In this document: positions 45,478-53,900 of the stretch, piece after piece
How the letters are laid out: each line of letters begins with the position of its first letter
How positions within the stretch are numbered: position 1 is the first letter of the stretch
Assembly: GCA_001798135.1 (NCBI GenBank)
Contig: MGRJ01000024.1
Span: 152,514-216,513, forward strand
Source of the DNA: Deltaproteobacteria bacterium RIFCSPHIGHO2_02_FULL_40_28
Lineage (GTDB): Bacteria; UBA10199; 2-12-FULL-40-28
DNA length: 64,000 bases
Reading direction: 5' to 3'
Made by a program: the position numbers and the translations under genes
Notes under the pieces: model-generated
The model's input: only the letters and a program-made list of their open reading frames with translations
Told to the model about the DNA's origin: nothing
Databases searched by the model: none

Positions 45478-45493
45478 ACTTTAAGGAGTTATT

Positions 45494-46609
45494 ATGTTGT
45501 TTCGTTTCTTATTAATCTTGTTTTGTTTCATTTCCTGCCAACAAATTTCTAAAAACGAAATTCGCATTGGTGAGTTTGGATCATTAACGGGAGGTACGGC
45601 CACTTTTGGACAATCTACTCATAAGGGTATTTTACTAGCGACAGAGGAAATTAATGCCAAGGGTGGTGTTTTAGGTAAACAAATAAAAATGATCACAGAA
45701 GATGATCGTAGTTTAGCCGAGGAAGCAAAAACAGCTGTATTAAAACTGATCAAACAACAAAAGGTGGTGGCTATTCTTGGTGAAGTAGCTTCTTCACGGA
45801 GTTTAGCAGCCGCTCCTGAGGCTCAAAAAAGTTCTATTCCCATGATTTCACCTGCTTCAACCAATCCAGCAGTAACCCAAGTAGGGGATTATATTTTCAG
45901 AGCTTGTTTTGTCGATAGTTTTCAAGGCGAGGCTATGGCCAAGTTTGTTAAAAATGATCTCAAACTTTCAAAGGTGGCCATTTTAAAAGATATTAAAAAC
46001 GATTATTCCATTGGCCTTGCCGATTTTTTTGAAAAAACTTTTAAAACTCTGGGAGGAAATATTACTTCTGTGGAATCTTATTCCGAAAACGATATTGAAT
46101 TTCGAGCACAGTTAACCAGTATTCTTTCTAAAAATCCCGAAGGAATTTTTATACCCGGTTATTATACCGAAGTGGGTCTTATAGCTAGACAAGCCCGTGA
46201 ATTAGGTTTTACAGGAGGCCTTTTTGGTGGGGATGGATGGGATTCAAGTAAAACTTTAGAAATTGGTGGCAAATATGTTGAAAATTCATACTTTTCTACA
46301 CATTATTCTTCAGAAGATCCAGACCCATCTGTACAAGGATTTATTGAAAAATTTAAAAAAGAGCATGGGGTTGTTCCCGATGCCATGGCTGTTTTAGGTT
46401 ATGATGCAGCCAATCTTTTATTTGATGCCATGACAAGAGCTGGGAGTACAGAAGGAGCCAAGGTGAGGGATGCGTTGGCAGGAACTCAAAATTTTAAAGG
46501 AATTTCGGGCAACATCTCAATGGATCCAGATCGTAATGCCCAAAAAAAACTTGTCGTACAAAAAATAGAAAATGGACATGTAGTTTTTGCGCAATCTGTG
46601 AACCCTTAA
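45494..46609 (+). CDS. livK: branched-chain amino acid ABC transporter substrate-binding protein
   Basis: Signal peptide and lipobox-like FISC, then a Leu/Ile/Val-binding-protein fold signature (IRIGEFGSLTG...PMISPAST...). SD aaggag upstream. Confidence 0.85.
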   Translation: MLFRFLLILFCFISCQQISKNEIRIGEFGSLTGGTATFGQSTHKGILLATEEINAKGGVLGKQIKMITEDDRSLAEEAKTAVLKLIKQQKVVAILGEVASSRSLAAAPEAQKSSIPMISPASTNPAVTQVGDYIFRACFVDSFQGEAMAKFVKNDLKLSKVAILKDIKNDYSIGLADFFEKTFKTLGGNITSVESYSENDIEFRAQLTSILSKNPEGIFIPGYYTEVGLIARQARELGFTGGLFGGDGWDSSKTLEIGGKYVENSYFSTHYSSEDPDPSVQGFIEKFKKEHGVVPDAMAVLGYDAANLLFDAMTRAGSTEGAKVRDALAGTQNFKGISGNISMDPDRNAQKKLVVQKIENGHVVFAQSVNP

Positions 46610-46642
46610 AGATATTTGCTTTTGAACAAAATCGAACTTTGG

Positions 46643-46739
46643 AAAGCCGGAGAGGTGTTCCCAGAGGCTTCGAGGACTGTCTGACGAGCCTTCAAGGCGA
46701 GGAGTTCCGCAGAAACCGAAGGGAATACCTCTCCGGCTT
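46643..46739. other. long hairpin (13-bp perfect stem, ~70-nt loop with internal pairing) between livK and livH
   Basis: aagccggagaggt at 46643-46655 pairs with acctctccggctt at 46727-46739. Confidence 0.45.
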
Positions 46740-46746
46740 CTAGCAA

Positions 46747-47643
46747 TTGGATCAATTTCTTCAACAACTTATCAATGGAATCTCTTGGGGTGCCATCTAT
46801 GCCCTGATCGCTCTTGGTTACACTATGGTTTATGGAGTGATTCGCCTCATTAATTTTGCACATGGAGATCTCTACATGCTGGGAGCCATGGCGGGATATT
46901 ATTCGGCTCGTTTTTTGATGGATTCGGGAGGTTCCGCGGCTTTTCCCCTGGTTCTTCTTTTTTCCATGGTTGTTTGTGGACTCATTGGTTTTTTAATTGA
47001 GAAATTAGCTTATAAACCTTTACGAGCAGCTCCTCCCGTTGCTGCTTTAATTACAGCTATTGGTGTTTCTCTTTTTTTAGAGTACGGAGGGCAACTGCTT
47101 TTTGGAGCCGATCCTAAATTTTTTCCTACCCTCATTGAATCTATTCCTCTTTTTGAAACGGGAAGATTCAGCATGACTAATATTCAAGCTGTTATTTTAA
47201 TTACGAGTATCATTTTAATGCTCATTCTTAGATTTATTGTTCTTAAAACCAAGATGGGCCTAGCTATGCGGGCAGTGAGTTTTTCTCATACAGCAGCATC
47301 ACTCATGGGAATCCCAGTGAATAGGATTATTTCTTTTACTTTCATTATTGGAAGCTCATTGGCAGGGGCTGCAGGAGTTTTGGTTGGGTTATCAAATCCC
47401 AAGGTAGAGCCCCTCATGGGTATTATGCCAGGCATTAAAGCTTTTGTGGCTGCTGTTTTAGGTGGTATTGGCAGTATCCCAGGAGCATTGGTTGGAGCTA
47501 TGATTTTGGGAATTTTAGAAACCATGGTTACAGCCTATCTTTCTTCTACTTACCGTGATGCCTTAGCTTTTATTATTTTAATTTTGATTTTAATTTTTAA
47601 ACCCACTGGGATTTTAGGAAAAAGATCTCAAGAGAAGGTGTGA
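46747..47643 (+). CDS. livH: branched-chain amino acid ABC transporter permease
   Basis: LivH-type N-terminus LINGISWGAIYALIALGYTMVYGV and 8-9 TM segments. Confidence 0.85.
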   Translation: MDQFLQQLINGISWGAIYALIALGYTMVYGVIRLINFAHGDLYMLGAMAGYYSARFLMDSGGSAAFPLVLLFSMVVCGLIGFLIEKLAYKPLRAAPPVAALITAIGVSLFLEYGGQLLFGADPKFFPTLIESIPLFETGRFSMTNIQAVILITSIILMLILRFIVLKTKMGLAMRAVSFSHTAASLMGIPVNRIISFTFIIGSSLAGAAGVLVGLSNPKVEPLMGIMPGIKAFVAAVLGGIGSIPGALVGAMILGILETMVTAYLSSTYRDALAFIILILILIFKPTGILGKRSQEKV

Positions 47644-48581
47644 TGAAAAGACTTTTATTTTGGGTCGGGATTATTTTACTTTTAGGAGGAGTAAACCAGG
47701 CTTCTTTACTCTGGATTAATCCCTATGTAATTCAAGTTTTAGGTTTGGCTGCCATTCATATTATTTTAGCGGCCTCACTTAATTTAGTTATGGGATTTAC
47801 AGGGCAGTTTTCTCTAGGCCATGCTGGTTTTATGGCTATTGGAGCTTATACTTCCGCAGCCATTACAGTGTATGGGGCACCCCTATTTCCATCGGGTTTT
47901 CTTTTTGATCAAATTCTTTTTGTTATTGCTCTTTTTGTTGGAGGAATTGTTTCTGCTTTTTTTGGCTACTTGATTGGTTTACCGAGCCTCAGATTAAAAG
48001 GAGATTATTTAGCTATTGTTACTTTGGGTTTTGGTGAGGTGATTCGTGTTATTATTTTGAATATGGATTTTGTAGGAGGAGCCAGAGGTTTTTCAGGCAT
48101 TCCTGAAAGAACTAATTTATTTTGGATTCTTCTTTTCATGGTTTTTACTCTTCGGTTTCTTTGGAAAAGTATTTATTCTGTAAAAGGTTTATCTTTTCGT
48201 GCAGTCAGAGACGATGAAATTGCAGCTGAATCTTTAGGAGTTTCTTCTACCAAAGTTAAGGTAACAGCTTTTGTGTGGGGTGCTTTCTTTGCAGGTTTAG
48301 GAGGAGGACTTTTTGCTCATTTGATTACTTACTTAAATCCTTCTTCTTTTACCTTTTTAAAATCCGTAGAAATTGTAGCCATGGTTGTTTTGGGTGGTTT
48401 GGGAAGTTTTTCAGGTTCTGTACTGGCAGCAGTTCTTTTAAGTGTGTTGCCTGAATTTTTAAGAATTGTGAGTGATTTTAGAATGGTGATTTATTCTCTT
48501 CTGATTATTCTGATTATGATTATAAAACCCATGGGACTCATGGGCTATAAGGAAATCAGTTTTAAATTCAGAAAAAAATAA
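47640..48581 (+). CDS. livM: branched-chain amino acid ABC transporter permease
   Basis: LivM-type polytopic permease with a 4-nt overlap to livH. Confidence 0.85.
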   Translation: MMKRLLFWVGIILLLGGVNQASLLWINPYVIQVLGLAAIHIILAASLNLVMGFTGQFSLGHAGFMAIGAYTSAAITVYGAPLFPSGFLFDQILFVIALFVGGIVSAFFGYLIGLPSLRLKGDYLAIVTLGFGEVIRVIILNMDFVGGARGFSGIPERTNLFWILLFMVFTLRFLWKSIYSVKGLSFRAVRDDEIAAESLGVSSTKVKVTAFVWGAFFAGLGGGLFAHLITYLNPSSFTFLKSVEIVAMVVLGGLGSFSGSVLAAVLLSVLPEFLRIVSDFRMVIYSLLIILIMIIKPMGLMGYKEISFKFRKK

Positions 48582-48675
48582 TGGGTATCAACCCCAGGGT
48601 AAGCCCTGGACCCAGGATTCCGTGGCAAGCCACGGGGTTTTGGACAAGCAAGCTTGTCCCCGAAGGGGATAAAAA

Positions 48676-49449
48676 ATGAGTACACTTTCTATCCAAAATA
48701 TTTCTGTTACATTTGGGGGATTAACCGCCGTAAACCAGGTTTCTTTTTCTCTTCAAAGTTCTGAAATGATGGCTGTTATTGGTCCTAATGGAGCTGGTAA
48801 AACCACTCTCTTTAACCTGATCACAGGAGTGTATTCTCCCAGTGGGGGAGATGTTGTTTTGGATGAAAAAAGTTTGCTTCATTATCGCCCCGACCAAATT
48901 AATCGCCTTGGGTTAGCTCGTACTTTTCAAAATATTCGTCTTTTTCCTCAACTAACTGTGGAAGAAAATATTTTGGTTGCCAATCATGTTGTTCCTGGTT
49001 TGTGGCAGGGTTTTATAAGGCCTTTTCAAACTTTAAAAGAAGAAACCCAATTAAGAATCGAGGCTGCTCAATTGCTTTCCTTGTATGGTTTATCTGCACA
49101 GGCCTCTGCATTAGCAGGAAGTCTTTCCTATGGTGAACAACGCAAATTGGAAATTTTAAGGGCACTCGCCACAAAACCAAAATTTCTTCTTTTAGATGAG
49201 CCTGCAGCAGGAATGAATGCTTCTGAAAAAAATGAACTTGCAGGACTCATTCGAAAAACCCAGGAACAATTTAATTTGGGCATCGTTTTAATTGAACACG
49301 ATATGAAATTTGTGATGAACCTGGTTCCCAGGATTTTGGTTTTGGACTATGGAGTAACCATTGCCGAAGGGTCTCCCAAAGAAATTAGTTCTCATCCAAA
49401 AGTGATTGAAGCGTATTTAGGAAATGAGGAGACATGCAACTTGAAATAA
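48676..49449 (+). CDS. livG: branched-chain amino acid ABC transporter ATP-binding protein
   Basis: Walker A GPNGAGKTT, signature LSYGEQRKLE, Walker B LLLDEPAAG. Confidence 0.85.
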   Translation: MSTLSIQNISVTFGGLTAVNQVSFSLQSSEMMAVIGPNGAGKTTLFNLITGVYSPSGGDVVLDEKSLLHYRPDQINRLGLARTFQNIRLFPQLTVEENILVANHVVPGLWQGFIRPFQTLKEETQLRIEAAQLLSLYGLSAQASALAGSLSYGEQRKLEILRALATKPKFLLLDEPAAGMNASEKNELAGLIRKTQEQFNLGIVLIEHDMKFVMNLVPRILVLDYGVTIAEGSPKEISSHPKVIEAYLGNEETCNLK

Positions 49450-50144
49450 AAAATTTGCATGTTTCTTATGAAGCCATTGCTGCTTTAAAGGGAGTAACTC
49501 TTACTATCAAAGCCTCTCAAATTGTCACTTTAATTGGTGCTAACGGAGCCGGAAAAACAACTTTAATTCGTGCCATTTCGCGTCTTTTACCTGCAAAAGG
49601 TTCTATGCGGTTTGGTGATTGTGAATTGCTTTCGTTACTTCCTCACCAAATTGTTGAAAAAGGTTTGATCCAGGTGCCTGAAGGAAGAATGATTTTTCAT
49701 AATCTTAATGTGTATGAAAATTTAAAATTAGGTTTTTATAAAAGAAGTGACAAACAAAATTTTAAAAATGATTTAGAAGAAGTGCTGATGCTTTTTCCAA
49801 AACTAAAAGAAAGATTAAAACAACTAGGCGGGCTTTTATCAGGTGGTGAACAACAAATGTTGGCCATTGGAAGGGCATTGATGGGGGCTCCTCAAATTTT
49901 ACTTTTAGATGAGCCATCCCTTGGATTAGCCCCTAATTTAGTGCATCAAATTTTTGAAGCTCTTAAAACTATTCATGCACAAAAAAAGATAAGCATTTTT
50001 TTGATTGAACAAGATGCGAAACTCGCTTTAAAAATGGCATCGTATGCGTATGTGATGGAAACAGGGGAGATTGTTTTAGAAGGACGCGCCAGCGAGCTGC
50101 TCCAAAATCCAGAGGTGCAAAAAGTTTATTTGGGAATGAATTAG
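49434..50144 (+). CDS. livF: branched-chain amino acid ABC transporter ATP-binding protein
   Basis: GANGAGKTT, LSGGEQQML, LLLDEPSLG. Overlaps livG by 16 nt. Confidence 0.85.
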   Translation: MQLEIKNLHVSYEAIAALKGVTLTIKASQIVTLIGANGAGKTTLIRAISRLLPAKGSMRFGDCELLSLLPHQIVEKGLIQVPEGRMIFHNLNVYENLKLGFYKRSDKQNFKNDLEEVLMLFPKLKERLKQLGGLLSGGEQQMLAIGRALMGAPQILLLDEPSLGLAPNLVHQIFEALKTIHAQKKISIFLIEQDAKLALKMASYAYVMETGEIVLEGRASELLQNPEVQKVYLGMN

Positions 50145-50161
50145 GGTTTCCCTGGAAACCT
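50145..50161. terminator. short GC hairpin between convergent livF and cstA
   Basis: gggtttcc-ctg-gaaacc, immediately after the livF stop. Confidence 0.35.
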
Positions 50162-52200
50162 CAACAGCACCGCACTTGTTTTCCTTTAATTTCAAGATTT
50201 TCTGCCCACTCTTTTCCTGTAGCGGCGGGTTCTAAACCCGCCGACATAGAAAGGGCAGGTTTAGAACCTGCCCCTACGGTTCTCCACACAATCGGGGATT
50301 CTTTTAAATCCATGGGAATTTTTCCTGAAATTAATCTCATCCATTTTGAAATGGAAGCAATTAAAATAGCAGTCACAAGAATCAAAAGAATACTGGCTAC
50401 AATGGCATTGAGGTGCATGTTAAAAATAATTTGGGAATTACCATTTTGAGCTATCAGTTTTTGAGCCTGGGATAAAAATCCAATTTGAGGATTTGCATGA
50501 AATATTTTTTGAAATCCTGCAGAGTAGGTAACCACGACAAGCCAAGTTAAGGGCAATAGGGTGATCCAGATTTTTTTGAGATGTCCCATCTTAATTAAAA
50601 TGGTGGTAGCCAAGCAAAGGGCCACAACAGAAAGAAGCTGATTTGCAATTCCAAAAAGAGGCCACAGACTATTAATGCCCCCTTGAGGATCAATAACTCC
50701 TAAGTAGAGAAAATATCCCCAAGCTGAAACAAAAAGAAAACTCGCAAACACATTGGCTCTATAGGAGTAAAGATTTCCCAAAGGTTTCCAAAGATTTTTA
50801 AGAAAAGCTTGAAGTAAAAACCGTCCCACCCTGGTACCCGCATCCACAGTAGTGAGAATAAAAAGCGCCTCAAACATGATGGCAAAGTGATACCAAAGTG
50901 CCATCATTTTTTCTCCGCCAATGACCTGAGAAAAAATAGAAGCCATGCCCACAGCTAACGTGGGAGCCCCGCCTGTTCTCTGAAAGAGAGTTGTTTCTCC
51001 CAAACTGTTAGCCAAGGTATTCATTTCATCTAAACTAATGGGGAAGCCCCATGAAGTAATCAAAGCAACTAGATCTTGTGGATTGGCTGCCATGGAGGGA
51101 GCCGTGTTCATGGCAAAATAAATTCCTGGCTTTAAGGTGCAGGCTGCAATGAGAGCCATCATGGCCACAAAGGATTCTAAAAGCATACTCCCATAGCCCA
51201 CCATGCGGGTATGAGATTCGCGCGAAATCATTTTTGGTGTTGTGCCAGAGGCAATCAGGGAATGAAAACCACTGATAGCTCCACAAGCAATAGTGATAAA
51301 ACAAAATGGAAATATTTTTCCGGAAAAAACAGGGCCATCTCCCGATACAAACTGTGTGACTGCTGGAAGTTGTAAGGTAGGAAGAACAAAAAAGAGTCCA
51401 AGAGCTAAAGCCAAAATGGTTCCTAGTTTCATAAAAGTGCTCAAGTAATCTCTGGGAGCCAAAAGGAGCCATACAGGAAGGATGGAAGCCGCCAGGCCAT
51501 AAAAAATAATAGCCTTGGCTAAAGAAGATCCAGAGAAAGTCATCAGGTGAGACAGAGCAGGGATTTCATGAAAAAATTTTCCAACCCACACCGAAAGTAA
51601 AAGAAGTCCTACTCCCATCACTGTAACTTCAAAAACATGTCCTGGCCTTAAGTAGCGCAAATAAAGACCCATCAAGAGGGCAATGGGAATGGTAGCTAAA
51701 ATGGTAAAGCTGCCCCAGGGGCTCATGGCAAGAGCTTTCACAACAACTAATCCCAAAACAGCAATGAGAATAATTAAAATAAAAAGAATGGCTAAAAGAG
51801 AAATGAGGCCAGCTTTGTTTCCAATTTCTTCTTTAACCATCTCTCCCAAGGATTTTCCGTTTCTTCTTGTAGAAGAAAATAAGATAATAAAATCTTGTAC
51901 TGCTCCCCCTAAAACCACGCCAATTAAAATCCAAAGAGTGCCTGGAAGGTAACCAAATTGGGCAGCCAACACTGGCCCTACCAAGGGGCCTGGCCCGCTA
52001 ATGGCAGCAAAGTGATGCCCAAAAACAATCCATTTATTGGTTTTTACAAAATCGCGGCCATCTTCGTTGATTTCACTTGGGGTTAATCTTTGATCATTCA
52101 AAGTTAAAATTTTTGCAGCAATCCATTTGGAATAAAATCGGTAGCCAATGGAGTAAGTACAAAGAGCTGCAGTTAAAATCCAAATGGCATTGTTTTCCAT
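50161..52200 (-). CDS. cstA: carbon starvation protein A (CstA-family peptide transporter)
   Basis: 679-aa polytopic protein. N-terminal CstA motif NKWIVFGHHFAAISGPGPLVGPVLAAQFGYLPG. Confidence 0.85.
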   Translation of the reverse strand: MENNAIWILTAALCTYSIGYRFYSKWIAAKILTLNDQRLTPSEINEDGRDFVKTNKWIVFGHHFAAISGPGPLVGPVLAAQFGYLPGTLWILIGVVLGGAVQDFIILFSSTRRNGKSLGEMVKEEIGNKAGLISLLAILFILIILIAVLGLVVVKALAMSPWGSFTILATIPIALLMGLYLRYLRPGHVFEVTVMGVGLLLLSVWVGKFFHEIPALSHLMTFSGSSLAKAIIFYGLAASILPVWLLLAPRDYLSTFMKLGTILALALGLFFVLPTLQLPAVTQFVSGDGPVFSGKIFPFCFITIACGAISGFHSLIASGTTPKMISRESHTRMVGYGSMLLESFVAMMALIAACTLKPGIYFAMNTAPSMAANPQDLVALITSWGFPISLDEMNTLANSLGETTLFQRTGGAPTLAVGMASIFSQVIGGEKMMALWYHFAIMFEALFILTTVDAGTRVGRFLLQAFLKNLWKPLGNLYSYRANVFASFLFVSAWGYFLYLGVIDPQGGINSLWPLFGIANQLLSVVALCLATTILIKMGHLKKIWITLLPLTWLVVVTYSAGFQKIFHANPQIGFLSQAQKLIAQNGNSQIIFNMHLNAIVASILLILVTAILIASISKWMRLISGKIPMDLKESPIVWRTVGAGSKPALSMSAGLEPAATGKEWAENLEIKGKQVRCC

Positions 52201-52315
52201 TTGCGTTTTCTATTGAAATTTCAAGAAAGAAGCAAGTATGACACAAGTTACCTTACCCTCTCCTTGGGGAGAGGGGTAGCCCCAAAGGGGTCCCTTTGGG
52301 AGGGTGAGGGGGATT

Positions 52316-52387
52316 GCCCCTGTAGCTCAGTGGATAGAGTACCAGCCTCCGAAGCTGGGTGCGCCGGTTCGATTCCGGCCAGGGGCA
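52316..52387 (+). tRNA. tRNA-Arg (anticodon CCG), CCA not encoded
   Basis: Acceptor gcccctg/caggggc, anticodon stem cagc/gctg with loop ctCCGaa, T-arm gccgg-ttcgatt-ccggc. Confidence 0.85.
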
Positions 52388-52510
52388 CAAATTTTGTCCC
52401 TTCGGTCCAAAATTTCGTTTATCGTATATCGAGTATCGTATATCGGGAAGGCAAAAATCTTCGTTTTAAGGGGACAAAATTTGTTCCGATACACGATATA
52501 CGATACACGG
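52388..52510. repeat. complex interleaved inverted-repeat element immediately 3' of tRNA-Arg (A-B-A'-B' arrangement with internal direct repeats)
   Basis: Arm A caaattttgtccc (52388-52400) pairs with A' ggggacaaaatttg (52470-52483). Arm B cgtttatcgtatatcgagtatcgtatatcgg (52416-52447) pairs with B' ccgatacacgatatacgatacacgg (52486-52510). tatcgtatatcg occurs twice in direct orientation. Confidence 0.5.
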
Positions 52511-52573
52511 ATTTCTCAGAGGTTAAAAGTTCTTGTAATATTGTCATAAATTGTGCAATATTACATCTACTTT

Positions 52574-53767
52574 ATGCACTTTCGAAAACGCCATATACTC
52601 GGAATTTTAAGTAAGCGGGCCAAAATTTTTCCGGTCATTGGAATTGTGGGGCCACGACAAGTTGGCAAAACCACCTTTTTGATGCAGGAATGGAAATCAA
52701 AGACTAACGCCCAATATATTACCCTGGATAAATCCGAAACAATCAAACGTGCCAAACGTGAACCAGAGAATTTTTTGTTGTCAGAATCAGAAGATCTTAA
52801 AAGAAAGCTTATTATTGACGAAGCGCAAAAGGTGCCCCTGATCTTTGACTCAATTAAATCCATCATCGATGAGCGAAGACGTATTGGCCTTTTTACTTTG
52901 TCCGGCTCTGTAGAATTTTCAGACAAATCTGGAGTACGCGAATCCCTTGCAGGTCGAATGGGCGTTTGTCATTTATATCCGATGACTCTCAGTGAATTGA
53001 CTCAAAAATCGCTGCATATTCCTTGGGTAAAAGGATGGGGAGAATATACACCCCATCTTATCGCCCGAGATATCGATAATTGGCTCAACCGGGGTGGAAT
53101 TCCTATTTTTTGCTCATTACATGATGAAACGGAGGTACAACTTGCAGTACAAAGCTGGTTGGAAGCCCTTTGTTATCGTGATTTGCAACAACTGAAAGGT
53201 GCACAGTTAAACGGCGATGTCGCCATGTCCATACTGAGCACTATTGCACACAATCCCACTCTCAATCTGAGCAGAATTGCCGACGATTTAGGAGTTAATA
53301 GGAACATGGTTTCGAAATATTTGGCCGCGTTCGAAGCCCTTTTCCTGCTTTATAAACTTCCGTCATTTCAAAATCGGCGTGCGGCCCCGGATTATGTTTT
53401 TTTTGATTGTGCGATTTTATCTCATTTTCTTGGAAATCGAAAAGACGGCTTTGCACGCACTCAAACACTGAAAACATTATTGATTAATGAGATCCTCGCC
53501 CAATACGAATACGGTGGAGAAAGCAGGCCTTCTCTATTCTCTTATTATTCGCGTGGAGGTGCTGAAATCGATCTGGTTTTGCAGGATAAAAAAAAGATGC
53601 TTGGCATTCAATTGAGCATAACGAGTGATATTTCTCCTTATGCTTTGCGGGGTTTAAAAAGTTTTCTAAACGCACAAAAATCGGCCAGAGGCATCGTGTT
53701 GGCGCCTGTAACGCAAAAAACCAAGATAGATGGAATAGATATCCTCCCTTGGACCCATATTGGATGA
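52574..53767 (+). CDS. AAA+ ATPase with C-terminal DUF4143-like domain
   Basis: Walker A GIVGPRQVGKTT, Walker B-like LIIDEAQ, and a C-terminal GGAEIDLVLQ block shared with the ORF at 1-885. Start ambiguous (52553 or 52574). Confidence 0.7.
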   Translation: MHFRKRHILGILSKRAKIFPVIGIVGPRQVGKTTFLMQEWKSKTNAQYITLDKSETIKRAKREPENFLLSESEDLKRKLIIDEAQKVPLIFDSIKSIIDERRRIGLFTLSGSVEFSDKSGVRESLAGRMGVCHLYPMTLSELTQKSLHIPWVKGWGEYTPHLIARDIDNWLNRGGIPIFCSLHDETEVQLAVQSWLEALCYRDLQQLKGAQLNGDVAMSILSTIAHNPTLNLSRIADDLGVNRNMVSKYLAAFEALFLLYKLPSFQNRRAAPDYVFFDCAILSHFLGNRKDGFARTQTLKTLLINEILAQYEYGGESRPSLFSYYSRGGAEIDLVLQDKKKMLGIQLSITSDISPYALRGLKSFLNAQKSARGIVLAPVTQKTKIDGIDILPWTHIG

Positions 53768-53900
53768 AAGAAAAACCTGGGTCCCTCAGCGACCCGCTAT
53801 TTTGTCTCATGACGCATTGCGCCTAGACAGATTTATTAACTTGCGCTAGCTGTCTTTTTTTGCATAAAAGGGCGGTCTTTGAAATAAAAGAGGATACTTT

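Noticed and set aside
44913-45484. ORFs 44913-45113 and 45263-45484
   Set aside because: They overlap tRNA-Ala, tRNA-Val and the structured livK leader, and have no coding signal.
46606-46863. 85-aa minus-strand ORF between livK and livH
   Set aside because: It overlaps the intergenic hairpin and the livH start and is antisense to livH.
52201-52614. ORFs 52201-52614 and 52304-52549
   Set aside because: They span the tRNA-Arg gene and the palindromic element, so they are not protein-coding.
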